Program-made: the position numbers and the translations under genes | DNA from: a virus | Length of the DNA: 64,000 nucleotides | Reading direction: 5' to 3' (one strand) | IMG/VR virus record: IMGVR_UViG_3300027804_003215 | Span: 35,481 to 99,480 of that record | The notes under the pieces: generated by a model | Seen by the model: only the letters and a program-made list of their open reading frames with translations | Told to the model about the DNA's origin: nothing | Databases searched by the model: none | Shown: positions 27,723 to 37,648 of the stretch, piece by piece | Numbering within the stretch: position 1 is the stretch's first letter | Layout: each line of letters opens with the position of its first letter

Positions 27723-30700
27723 TTTTCAAGGAGACTTGAGCGGTGATATTTTGGTTGAATTTGACTATAATAACATCGTAATAGTAGACCCAAATAAAAC
27801 AGTTGATAGTAAAGGAGTAATAAGTGAAAGATTACTCGACCACGAGAATTTGGTTATGTATGCCAATCTCGAAGCCCAAGTTTTACCAAGAACAAAACTT
27901 TCACTTGGCACACAACCTGGTGAAAACGTAAGTACCACAATGACAATTGCTGGTATTAATTTCTTAAAACCAAATAAGGACAATTACATGACCTCTGGTT
28001 ATTTGGACGAACTGACTGGAAAAAATAGTTTAGTTGGTAGGGGTCAAAATCAAATGTCAGAGCAAAGGAAGGTTGACTCAAAAAACAACGCATATTTTGC
28101 TCGAGGTGTTGTTGACAGTCAAAGTATTGTTGACAATGGATTGTTGGGAATTACTTCAATATCCGTGAAGACATCAACATCATTCATACCTTCAGTTTCA
28201 ATGCAACTTGAAGATGTTCAAGGGAGAGCCTTGTTTCAATTAGGGGACCAATCCCCATATGCCGCGTTTTTCAACTTACCTTACCCTCAATTTTATCTTA
28301 CTCTTAAAGGGTATTATGGCCAAGCAATTCGTTACCAACTTAATTTAGAAAAGTTTGATGCTAGATTTAATTCCACAACAGGAAACTATAGTATTACTTT
28401 AGAATTCAAAGGTTTTAAGTTCAATATTTTGAATGAGGTTTTAGTATCTCATCTGATTGCAACACCTCACATGTATAATAAAAGATTTAGTGTAACGAAT
28501 AATGTTGCTCAGGCGAACACTTCAACTAACAACAGAACTCTACAAACGCAAGAATCGGGTGCTCAAACAGGAAAAATAAATACTGGTCAAGATGCACCAG
28601 TGAAATCTGTAACAGAACTAGTCACTGAGAGAGGTTATGAAAAAATCGTTGAAGTTTACAGTGAATATAAAACCAAAGGATTAATTCCTCCTGATTTTCC
28701 AGAATTAACCCTGATGCAGTTTGTATATAAAATGGATATGTTTGAACAGAACGTTATCAATTCTTATCCTAAAGCAAACGTTGAACCTCTTACCGATATC
28801 AAGAATTTTCAAAAAACACTCACAAGTTTATTTGATAAATTGAGAGGTTCAAGCACCGCTAGTTGGTTTAGTATAAATTTAGACCCAAGACCAATAGTCT
28901 TGGAAAACGGGAGTTTAGTTTATTACTTTAAGGAAAATATTAGACAAAATCCTCAAGCTAGACAACTTGCTTTAGATGAACTGAAAAACATTATTCAGTC
29001 TTCTGTAAAGACTTTGTCTGAAAACCCTTCCGTTGGATTGGGAAGAAAGTTAGAAATCAAACTTAATAATTTAACCTATCAAAATTTATTTTTTAATTTA
29101 AATCTCAGTGATATCAATGAGAGAGAGACTGCCGCCAGATATTTTAACCTATTCGATGTTACAGACCAAGATACTATCAATAGAAGTAACGAAGAAATAA
29201 AAAGATTATTTGTATCCAATCCTACAATTTCAAATCTACCGAATTTCAGTTTCTTCACTTTCGAGGGACAAGATAGGTTCGATAACGTTATCAAAACAAT
29301 CAATGCCGAAGCGTCACAAAAGTTGTCACAACTTCAACAAGCCATAACCGATGACTTAGCTGCGTTCATTCAAGATAGTGCGACGGGAATTGGATTTAGA
29401 CCAACGGTCAGAAACATCACTGCTGTAATTATGGCAAATGCAGAAGCCTTCATCAGATTGATGGAAGAGGTTCATACAAATTCTTGGAATGTAAGAAACA
29501 ACCCTGTAAGAAAACTTGTTATTCAAGACACATCTAAGTCCGCTCCAAATACCGAAGCTGTTTACAAAATTGGAATAACACAACAAGCAGCTCAACAAAA
29601 CCAAGGAATTGTCACAGGTGAAGAACCTGTTTACCCTTGGCCGCAGTTTTTCATTGAGTCTCCTGATGATAAAAAAGGAAGATTTCAGTTGGAATACCTT
29701 GGTCACCCTTCAGTTGTGGGTTTAACTCAAGCTTACAACTTCAAAATTTGGCCAGAAGTAGAGTTCGTGGAAGAGTATATTAAAGGATTAAATCAAAAAG
29801 ACAACCCCCCCGCGTCTCAACCACCATTAGATTCTCAACTTACAACTTTCTTAACACAAATTAACGCAATACAGTTCCCTCCAGATAATTTGGCGTATTT
29901 CAATAAGCAACAAACAAGATTTTTATATGAGATTTGGGAGCGACAATATGTTACCGCTCATTATTCAAATTATATTCGTATAAATGCAAATCAGAGAAAC
30001 CAACTAATCACGACAAACTTTTCAAGTGAAACACAAAACATCGTTCTCAGTTTGGGTGAAAGTAATCCTTTTTTGAGTTTCACCCTAAAAAATCAACCTC
30101 TCAGTTCTCAGTTTTATATTCCTTATCTGAGAGAAATTTCGAACAATGGAACAGGTGCACTTTGGGTAAATTTCTCAAGTGGAATTTTTAACACACCATA
30201 CATTAGAGAAGATGTAGAAAATCCATTTGTAATTTACAAAACCTCTGAACTCGGACTAAATCCCGAAACGAACATACCACTGAGGTCGTTAGAACAAATA
30301 GTCTTAAATTCAAGCACTGAGCCATTAATCATTGATACATATCCATTTACAAGTCAATCATGGGTCAGAGACAATATGTCTTTGAGTAATCAAGCTCAAG
30401 GGAATGAGGTTTACAGTACAAACAAGAGTTTGAAAGTTTATAAAGACAGGAACGTAATTTCCAATTTTACAAACATTTTTAGTTATACAGAAAATAGACC
30501 AGTGACAAATTTTTGTTACTATGATGCAGTCCAACCAACAATAGTTAATTCAAATCAAGGGACAGAAGTTGCGGACATCAAACTATTTTATCAATCTGAA
30601 CTTCCTAAAAATTTTATTCCAACGGTTGGTTACGTCTTCAACCCATTGGCAAACAAAACCAATTTACCTGAAAGACAAACCACTTCCATTTTGAATTCAC

Positions 30701-33700
30701 CTTACTTTGTAAATGCGGTTCTTAATGGGGTTGAAAATGAAAAGAACAGAAAAGAATATCCATATGTACAAGCGGCATATCTGTTTTTGAATTCCCTACC
30801 ATTGGGAACATTGAGAGAGAGATATAAAACGTTCGGACAAACTGAGGAATTGGATTACATTGCCTCTTGTTTCAATAAGTTCGGTGCTTTACATAAAATC
30901 CCCTACGTTTGGATTTTGAAAATAGGTTCCATTTGGCACAGATACAAAAATTTCGTAGAAAAAAATATTGATATCTTAGATAATACAGTTTGGACTAATT
31001 TCGATTACGTAAAAAACTATGACCCTAAAACTCAATCTAAAACAAAGGTTTATAAATTCAAACCTAACTCAGGAAGTGCTCAAGATACTTCAATAGTTTT
31101 AGAGTCAACAGCCAACAATGACATTAATATCAACACAGGATTTTATCCTGGATTGATGAATAGTTTTTCATATTTCTATAATGGGGTAGATTTATTCAAA
31201 GATTATTCTGATGCAGAAATTCAATCAGCGGTAAACGATAAATTACAATTATTCAATTTCCCTAACTCATCTATTTCTGCCAAAGAAGGGGGTAAAAACT
31301 TAACCTTGAAAACATGGTCAATTCTTTTACCGAGTACGTTGAAAGACGCGTCAACTTCTCTGAATACTTGTTTATTACCTCCAACAAATAACCAAACTAT
31401 TTCTACGGCACAGAAATATTTTATTGTTCCATCATTCGGAATTAACGTAAATCAAACAAAATCTCAATGTTTGAATAACCCGACTGTACCACAGCAAACT
31501 GTCGAACCAATTGTAAACAACAACTCAATGTACAATGGTTCTGTCAGAACACTATGGGCGGCGCCAAACTACGGATACTTCAATTCAACAGTCTTGAAAA
31601 AACCTGAACCTGACGAATACTTCACTACAATATTTCCTGATACCGCTGACCAATCTCCTATCATGTTTAATTCCTCGTTGAATTATTCAAAAATAGAAGA
31701 GATATTTGGTGTATTCGATAGGAGAGAATTGAATTTGATGGAAAAAGAATTCTTGGAATTTTGTAGACCTGCTTCATCTGTAAAATACCAAAGAGTTAAG
31801 TCAGGTGACGGAGCTTTTATAATTGACATAGATGTTAATTTTAGAAATTTTCAAATCTTTTTGAGAAACAACATGTTGGTGGAGACAAACCAATCAGCAC
31901 AAAATCAAATTGAGTTTTATAAAAAAGCGATTGAGATTCAATACGGAAACTTCAAAAACAATATAAAAAATTTGATGGAATATGATGTTTTACTTAAAAA
32001 CGGAAATCCCTCAAAATTCAACAGAAGAGTTTTCAATTCTTATTTACAAACACCAGGGTTTGAAAGACCAATTATTTTTAAGCCATACCAAAGAGGTAGT
32101 TTACCAACAAGTGGAGGCACAACTACACTTGTACAATCTCAAACAACATATCCGAGAGAGTGGGCGGCACTTAAAACAGAAGTAGGATTTTCTACAATAT
32201 CTGGTTTGAGGTATTCGAATAACGGTTCTTATATAACAGATTTCTTTGTTGACAATGATATTGAATTCAGTGTAAACAATATCACCCTATTATATCAAAT
32301 AATTAAAATTTACGCAACTCAAAAATTGAAAAACCCATCTTTGGTTTCCTCAACTTTTAAAAATAGTTTACAAACCTTTTTAGGGAACGAAAGAGATTTA
32401 CAAAATCAATTTTTGAATGAAGTTATTTCAAATGTCAAAAATCAAATTAAAGAAATACCAACACCTGTTGAACAAAATATAAGAAGTACATTGTCAGGGA
32501 CTCAAGGTAAAGCTGAGTTGTATAGTTTGTTTAGAGCACTAAATGATAAGTGGATTGCAGGCACTGATTATGTATCGAAAACATTATTCGAAGACTTTTT
32601 GTTCTTGGATAGAGCCTCGAGAAATATCGGAGACACTATTTTAGTTGACATCTTTGCAGTAAAAAATCTAATCAACAGAAATGCGTTGAACGAACAAATG
32701 AGTGTATACACTCTATTGAGTGGTTTACTTATTCAAAATAATTTTACTGTAATGCCATTACCTGCTTATGTGAATTATTACAACGTATTGAATGTTGATG
32801 GTTCAGTAACACCAAACACAGAGAGTATTAAGAATTTTGGAAATAACCTATGGGGTACCTTTACCACAGTCGATTATAGAAACTCCACACCCAAAATGGT
32901 ATGTTTCTATGTGGGTAAACCATCTGAACAATTACCACTTCCGAGACAGATATCTGGATATGGAGATGACGGGTTTGATATTCGTAACCCCAACAATCCT
33001 TTGATTGAAAACCAACAAGATAAACAAGATTGGAATTATTCCAATAAGGTGGTTGGATTTACTGTTGATATTGGAATTAGAAACCAAAATGTCTTTCAAA
33101 ATTTTTCAGTTTCTCAAGATACAGGAAAGGCAACTTCGGAAGCAATTGCGGCTTTGATTGCGATGACCGACCAAACCAACACAAGGAATGTGGCAACTCA
33201 AAATGCTAGTCTATACAATTTGTATAAACGTAGAAGTTATCAATGTGACGTACAATGTTTGGGTAATGCTCTTATTCAACCAACGATGTATTTTAATTTG
33301 AGACACGTTCCAATGTTCTATGGTCCGTACATGATTACCGAGGTTACTCATACAATAACTCCAGGAGATTTTACAACAAATTTCAAAGGAGTAAGACAAG
33401 GATATTTTGATTTTCCACAGATTGACAATTTTATACAAAAAATTAATCAGAACCTTTTAAGCAAAATAGAGGCTCAGATTTTCCAACAATCCGACCAAAA
33501 AAATAACTTACCAACAAGTCAACAGGCAAAAGAAAACAATATTATAGTCAACACTACATCGGTACAGGCTGCTGCTGAAGAGGCTTGTTATAATAACAGA
33601 GCACCTCAATTTTCAACTTACATAACACAGGCCTTGGGTCTAACACAACGTTCTCAAAATGAATTTGCTGATGATATCAAACGCAAATTCCCGACAAACC

Positions 33701-34518
33701 AACAATTACAAACCCTTATTTATATTCTTTCATACGTAAGGACCTATTCAACACCAGGAAAACAGGGTGGTAATTTCCAATCTGCAAATTGGAATTTCGC
33801 TGATATCACATTGGATAAATCCTTACCTGGTAACAGCGTACAAAACATACAACAAGGATTTTACACTTGTAAAAAAGTTCAAACAGCAGACGGAAAAGGG
33901 TTGTCATTGCCAACGGCTAGATTTGTCTCGGTGGACAAGTATTTGGATTTTATGGGAGCACTTTTGACTGCAAGAGTTTCACAAATCGTTCAAGGTTATA
34001 TTATACAATATTATTGTACAGAGTTTCCATCATCGAATATAAGTCTTGAGTATTATCAGAAAAACCAACAATCAATAGATAATAGATTCAAAACAATTTT
34101 TGAACAAGCCGTTGACAGTGCCAAATCATTAGGTTTCAAAACAGATTTCCCTGTTTTACCGCCTTCACAATCAGGTACTACTAACAACTTAAATACCACA
34201 ACCGCAGCACCATTATGTCCTTCAACCACATTAACATCTGTTACACCATCTGACGGTAAGCCAGGTACAATAGTTACCTTAGATGGTACGTACATGGAGT
34301 ATATAAGAACAATAGAAATCGGAGGAGTTCCTTCTAATCTATGGACAAGAGCCGAACCTTCTACATACCAATTAGTGTCATCGACAAGGGTTAAGTTTTC
34401 TATTCCATCAATTCCATCGATAACTACACCAACAAATTTGAATATAAGAGCGATAACAACCACAAGTGGTCCTAATGGAATAATACTCCCAATAACCTTC
34501 ACCTTTATCCCAAGTTAA
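27712..34518 (+). CDS. Giant baseplate hub protein (gp27/GpD-like core) with a C-terminal IPT/TIG-like domain
   Basis: N-terminal LGITSISV...VSMQLEDVQG; hub-type GNALIQPTMYF.L..VPMFYGPYMITEVTHTI..G.FTT.F.G.R; C-terminal LTSVTPSDGKPGTIVTLDGT. Confidence 0.6.
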   Translation: MAGNFQGDLSGDILVEFDYNNIVIVDPNKTVDSKGVISERLLDHENLVMYANLEAQVLPRTKLSLGTQPGENVSTTMTIAGINFLKPNKDNYMTSGYLDELTGKNSLVGRGQNQMSEQRKVDSKNNAYFARGVVDSQSIVDNGLLGITSISVKTSTSFIPSVSMQLEDVQGRALFQLGDQSPYAAFFNLPYPQFYLTLKGYYGQAIRYQLNLEKFDARFNSTTGNYSITLEFKGFKFNILNEVLVSHLIATPHMYNKRFSVTNNVAQANTSTNNRTLQTQESGAQTGKINTGQDAPVKSVTELVTERGYEKIVEVYSEYKTKGLIPPDFPELTLMQFVYKMDMFEQNVINSYPKANVEPLTDIKNFQKTLTSLFDKLRGSSTASWFSINLDPRPIVLENGSLVYYFKENIRQNPQARQLALDELKNIIQSSVKTLSENPSVGLGRKLEIKLNNLTYQNLFFNLNLSDINERETAARYFNLFDVTDQDTINRSNEEIKRLFVSNPTISNLPNFSFFTFEGQDRFDNVIKTINAEASQKLSQLQQAITDDLAAFIQDSATGIGFRPTVRNITAVIMANAEAFIRLMEEVHTNSWNVRNNPVRKLVIQDTSKSAPNTEAVYKIGITQQAAQQNQGIVTGEEPVYPWPQFFIESPDDKKGRFQLEYLGHPSVVGLTQAYNFKIWPEVEFVEEYIKGLNQKDNPPASQPPLDSQLTTFLTQINAIQFPPDNLAYFNKQQTRFLYEIWERQYVTAHYSNYIRINANQRNQLITTNFSSETQNIVLSLGESNPFLSFTLKNQPLSSQFYIPYLREISNNGTGALWVNFSSGIFNTPYIREDVENPFVIYKTSELGLNPETNIPLRSLEQIVLNSSTEPLIIDTYPFTSQSWVRDNMSLSNQAQGNEVYSTNKSLKVYKDRNVISNFTNIFSYTENRPVTNFCYYDAVQPTIVNSNQGTEVADIKLFYQSELPKNFIPTVGYVFNPLANKTNLPERQTTSILNSPYFVNAVLNGVENEKNRKEYPYVQAAYLFLNSLPLGTLRERYKTFGQTEELDYIASCFNKFGALHKIPYVWILKIGSIWHRYKNFVEKNIDILDNTVWTNFDYVKNYDPKTQSKTKVYKFKPNSGSAQDTSIVLESTANNDININTGFYPGLMNSFSYFYNGVDLFKDYSDAEIQSAVNDKLQLFNFPNSSISAKEGGKNLTLKTWSILLPSTLKDASTSLNTCLLPPTNNQTISTAQKYFIVPSFGINVNQTKSQCLNNPTVPQQTVEPIVNNNSMYNGSVRTLWAAPNYGYFNSTVLKKPEPDEYFTTIFPDTADQSPIMFNSSLNYSKIEEIFGVFDRRELNLMEKEFLEFCRPASSVKYQRVKSGDGAFIIDIDVNFRNFQIFLRNNMLVETNQSAQNQIEFYKKAIEIQYGNFKNNIKNLMEYDVLLKNGNPSKFNRRVFNSYLQTPGFERPIIFKPYQRGSLPTSGGTTTLVQSQTTYPREWAALKTEVGFSTISGLRYSNNGSYITDFFVDNDIEFSVNNITLLYQIIKIYATQKLKNPSLVSSTFKNSLQTFLGNERDLQNQFLNEVISNVKNQIKEIPTPVEQNIRSTLSGTQGKAELYSLFRALNDKWIAGTDYVSKTLFEDFLFLDRASRNIGDTILVDIFAVKNLINRNALNEQMSVYTLLSGLLIQNNFTVMPLPAYVNYYNVLNVDGSVTPNTESIKNFGNNLWGTFTTVDYRNSTPKMVCFYVGKPSEQLPLPRQISGYGDDGFDIRNPNNPLIENQQDKQDWNYSNKVVGFTVDIGIRNQNVFQNFSVSQDTGKATSEAIAALIAMTDQTNTRNVATQNASLYNLYKRRSYQCDVQCLGNALIQPTMYFNLRHVPMFYGPYMITEVTHTITPGDFTTNFKGVRQGYFDFPQIDNFIQKINQNLLSKIEAQIFQQSDQKNNLPTSQQAKENNIIVNTTSVQAAAEEACYNNRAPQFSTYITQALGLTQRSQNEFADDIKRKFPTNQQLQTLIYILSYVRTYSTPGKQGGNFQSANWNFADITLDKSLPGNSVQNIQQGFYTCKKVQTADGKGLSLPTARFVSVDKYLDFMGALLTARVSQIVQGYIIQYYCTEFPSSNISLEYYQKNQQSIDNRFKTIFEQAVDSAKSLGFKTDFPVLPPSQSGTTNNLNTTTAAPLCPSTTLTSVTPSDGKPGTIVTLDGTYMEYIRTIEIGGVPSNLWTRAEPSTYQLVSSTRVKFSIPSIPSITTPTNLNIRAITTTSGPNGIILPITFTFIPS

Positions 34519-34541
34519 TATATTTATATAAAAAGTATTTT

Positions 34542-34766
34542 ATGGACTTGAAATCAAAATTGAATGCTTATTTAGGAAAAAACATTAGGTATTCAGAGCA
34601 AGACAACGGTGATGGAACGAGAGAAGTTTGTGACTTAGATACAGGTGAGTGTTACGTTGTCAGAGACAGAGATGGTCTTATTGAAAGAGCCGGCCACCAA
34701 CACATGGCAAATAGAAAAGTTAAAGTTGAAACCGTTCACGGTATAAAACAATTATTAAACGGTTAA
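34542..34766 (+). CDS. Hypothetical protein (74 aa)
   Basis: ATG ORF downstream of TATTTAT at 34521; EVCDLDTGEC motif. Confidence 0.65.
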   Translation: MDLKSKLNAYLGKNIRYSEQDNGDGTREVCDLDTGECYVVRDRDGLIERAGHQHMANRKVKVETVHGIKQLLNG

Positions 34767-34770
34767 TCAG

Positions 34771-35436
34771 ATGAGTTTAGATAAGAAAATTTTAAGTGAA
34801 ATCGAAAGATATAGAAACATTAACAAATATATAATGGAACAAGATGCTGTAGCAGACCCGTTGGCGGCACCTCCACCACCCGCACCAGCACCCGACGCGG
34901 CGGCACCGGCAGAACCAGCTCCAGCGGCACCAGCCCCTGAAGCACCTAAGGCGGAACCATTAGATGTTGAGGCTGACCCTGATGTAGAAAAAATTGATGA
35001 TGAAGGGAAATCAGAGGAGAAGAAAGGTGATGAAACTGAAGAACTTGATGTGACAGAACTTGTAACCTCTCAAAAAAACGTCGAACAAAAACAAGAAGAG
35101 TATTTTGATACATTATTCAACCAGCTCGGTAACTTGGAAAAGAAACTCGGAGAAATGGACCAAATAATGAACAAACTCAATAGTTTGGAAAATAAGATTG
35201 AGAGATACAGAGAAAAAACTCCACAAGAAAAGTTGGAATTAAGAACATATGACTCATATCCTTATAACCAAAAACTATCAGATTTTTTTGACGACAAAAA
35301 AGATGAGATGGAAAAAACAGGAAAACATGATTATATTTTAACTTCGGACCAAGTGGTTGATATGAACGTGAATGACGTAAAAAACTCATTCCAACCAGGA
35401 CAAAATCCGACAGATAATTTTGAATTTAAAAGATAA
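34771..35436 (+). CDS. Acidic, Pro/Ala-linker coiled-coil protein (scaffold or internal-head-like)
   Basis: Low-complexity APPPPAPAP segment, acidic stretch and heptad coiled coil; followed by a terminator. Confidence 0.65.
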   Translation: MSLDKKILSEIERYRNINKYIMEQDAVADPLAAPPPPAPAPDAAAPAEPAPAAPAPEAPKAEPLDVEADPDVEKIDDEGKSEEKKGDETEELDVTELVTSQKNVEQKQEEYFDTLFNQLGNLEKKLGEMDQIMNKLNSLENKIERYREKTPQEKLELRTYDSYPYNQKLSDFFDDKKDEMEKTGKHDYILTSDQVVDMNVNDVKNSFQPGQNPTDNFEFKR

Positions 35437-35437
35437 T

Positions 35438-35461
35438 AAAAGGGACTGAAAAGTCCCTTTT
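35438..35461 (+). terminator. Rho-independent (possibly bidirectional) terminator
   Basis: AAAAGGGACT-GAAA-AGTCCCTTTT perfect stem with a GNRA loop. Confidence 0.85.
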
Positions 35462-35465
35462 CAAT

Positions 35466-35500
35466 TTGACTAATAGGGTAAACCCAATTATATTTAATAA
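35466..35500 (+). promoter_or_regulatory. Promoter of the replication operon
   Basis: TTGACT-N17-TATATT overlapping ATATTTAATAA. A similar AATTTGA...TATATTTA arrangement precedes the polymerase gene (4434-4467). Confidence 0.55.
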
Positions 35501-35519
35501 ACAATCTAAATTTTAAACT

Positions 35520-36368
35520 ATGAGTAATGTATTAGACGCCGTATTGGCACAGTATGAAAAATCACAACAAGGGGGCGGGGCTCAATCAAGAATGTCGCAA
35601 GACGAAAGAATGAAAAAGTATTTCGCTTTAATCCTTGGTGATAAAGAGAAATCAGGTCAAAGAAGAATAAGAATTCTTCCTACCGCAGATGGTTCCTCAC
35701 CATTCAAAGAGGCTTGGTATCACGAAATCCAAGTAGGAGGTCAATGGCAAAAGTTCTACGACCCAGGAAAAAACGACAACGAACGTTCACCTTTAAATGA
35801 GGTTTACGAAGAGTTGATGTCAACAGGAAAAGAATCCGATAAAGAGTTGGCAAAACAATACAAGTCACGTAAGTTTTACATCGTGAAAGTTATCGATAGA
35901 GATAACGAAGCGGACGGACCAAAGTTTTGGAGATTCAAACACAACTACAAGAATGAGGGTATCCTTGACAAAATCATTCCAATTTGGAGAAATAAAGGGG
36001 ACATTACAGACCCAGAAAAAGGACGTGATTTAGTAATTGAACTTGCTAAGTCCAAGACTCCAAAAGGGAAAGAGTACACAACTGTATCTGCAATTATGTA
36101 TGATGACCCATCCCCAATCTCTCCAGATGCAGAACAAGGTAAGGCTTGGTTGTCTGATGAATTGAGTTGGACTGATGTTTACAGCAAAAAACCTGTTGAG
36201 TACTTAGAAGCAATTGCTGAAGGTAAAACACCAAAGTGGGACAATGAAAAGGGTGGATACGTTTATGGTGATGACGAAGTTTCTGAAACCTCTATGGGTG
36301 GAAGTAAACCTTCAAAAACCGTAGACCCACAAGCAGACGCAGCTGCTGATGAAGATTTACCATTCTAA
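35520..36368 (+). CDS. Single-stranded DNA-binding protein (gp32-like)
   Basis: IRILP, F...WYH, YIVKVIDR, KFWRF, DITDPEKGRDL motifs and an acidic tail ending DEDLPF; next to UvsX. Confidence 0.8.
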   Translation: MSNVLDAVLAQYEKSQQGGGAQSRMSQDERMKKYFALILGDKEKSGQRRIRILPTADGSSPFKEAWYHEIQVGGQWQKFYDPGKNDNERSPLNEVYEELMSTGKESDKELAKQYKSRKFYIVKVIDRDNEADGPKFWRFKHNYKNEGILDKIIPIWRNKGDITDPEKGRDLVIELAKSKTPKGKEYTTVSAIMYDDPSPISPDAEQGKAWLSDELSWTDVYSKKPVEYLEAIAEGKTPKWDNEKGGYVYGDDEVSETSMGGSKPSKTVDPQADAAADEDLPF

Positions 36369-36377
36369 TTTATAACA

Positions 36378-36410
36378 AAGGGCGGTGATAAGCCGCCCTT
36401 AATTTTATTT
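36378..36410 (+). terminator. Probable Rho-independent terminator after SSB
   Basis: AAGGGCGGT-GATAA-GCCGCCCTT followed by an AT/T-rich tail. Confidence 0.7.
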
Positions 36411-36411
36411 C

Positions 36412-36624
36412 ATGAGTTTCAAAATACAAGAACAACCCAAAAAAATTTACGAAGCTGTTACCTACGAATTCAAATTGGAAGATGAAGGTGGAAATGTTTA
36501 TCATTTAAGAAAATGGGAAGATGGTAACGGTGGGGGATTTTATATTAACAAAGATGGAATGTGGGAAGATTTTTACCCAGAAGATGACTTACTAGATTTC
36601 ATCGATTACGACTTAGACTTTTAA
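36412..36624 (+). CDS. Hypothetical acidic protein (70 aa)
   Basis: ATG ORF exactly filling the SSB-UvsX gap. Confidence 0.65.
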   Translation: MSFKIQEQPKKIYEAVTYEFKLEDEGGNVYHLRKWEDGNGGGFYINKDGMWEDFYPEDDLLDFIDYDLDF

Positions 36625-36626
36625 TT

Positions 36627-37628
36627 ATGGCTATTAAAAAAAACGACTTCAGTAATTTAAAGAAGAAGTTCTCTACTTCTGCAAAATACAAACCCCAAAG
36701 ATTTTTGGACTTAGGTTCCGATTTCTTGGATGCTGTTGGACTTCCTGGTCCTGCAATTGGACACATAAATATGTTCCTCGGTCACTCTGATACGGGTAAG
36801 ACAACTGCGGCAATTAAAGCGGCTGTGGATGCCCAAAAAAAAGAGATACTCCCTGTTTTTATTATTACAGAACAGAAATGGAGTTTTGACCACGCTAAAC
36901 TTATGGGTTTCCAATGTGAAGAAGTTGTTGACAAAGAAACTGGTGAAATGGACTGGGATGGTTTCTTTTTATTCAATAATAATTTTAGTTACATTGAACA
37001 AATTACTGATTACATTAACGAACTTTTAGATGCTCAAGAGAAAGGGGAACTAAATTATAGTCTTTGTTTTATTTGGGATTCAGTTGGTTCTGTACCTTGT
37101 AAGATGACCTATGAAGGTAAAGGGGGAAAGCAACACAATGCTTCCGTATTATCCGACAAAATAGGAATGGGTATTAATCAAAGAATTTCAGGCTCAAGGA
37201 AGGCAGATACAGAATATGAAAACACACTCATAATTATTAACCAACCTTGGGTTGAACTTCCTGACAATCCTTTCGGACAACCAAAAATCAAAGCAAAAGG
37301 TGGAGAATCAGTTTGGTTGAACTCTTCTTTGGTTTTCTTATTTGGAAATCAGAAAGGGGCTGGTACTACCAAGATTACTGCAACTAAAGACAAAAGAAGT
37401 GTTAAGTTTGCTGTAAGAAGTAAAGTATCTGTGATGAAGAACCACATCAATGGTTTAGGTTATGATGATGGAAGAATTATTGTAACACCACACGGATTTT
37501 TGGCGGGAAAAGATTCTGCAGAGGAAAAAACTTCTATTGAGGCATATAAAAAAGAATATGCTGATTATTGGAAAGACATTATAGGTGCGGAAGGAGATTT
37601 TACATTGACAGAAGAAAAAGAAGATTGA
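36627..37628 (+). CDS. uvsX: RecA/UvsX-like recombinase
   Basis: Walker A GHSDTGKTT, Walker B FIWDSVG, IIINQ, KGGES and KNHING motifs. Confidence 0.88.
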   Translation: MAIKKNDFSNLKKKFSTSAKYKPQRFLDLGSDFLDAVGLPGPAIGHINMFLGHSDTGKTTAAIKAAVDAQKKEILPVFIITEQKWSFDHAKLMGFQCEEVVDKETGEMDWDGFFLFNNNFSYIEQITDYINELLDAQEKGELNYSLCFIWDSVGSVPCKMTYEGKGGKQHNASVLSDKIGMGINQRISGSRKADTEYENTLIIINQPWVELPDNPFGQPKIKAKGGESVWLNSSLVFLFGNQKGAGTTKITATKDKRSVKFAVRSKVSVMKNHINGLGYDDGRIIVTPHGFLAGKDSAEEKTSIEAYKKEYADYWKDIIGAEGDFTLTEEKED

Positions 37629-37648
37629 GTAACCCTTAAAAGAGGTTT

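Noticed and set aside
12564-34518. Interpretation as a bacterial eCIS, tailocin or T6SS locus
   Set aside because: Neck/head-joining genes and a complete phage replication set (PolB, SSB, UvsX, exonuclease, helicase, RNR) are interleaved, indicating a true phage genome.
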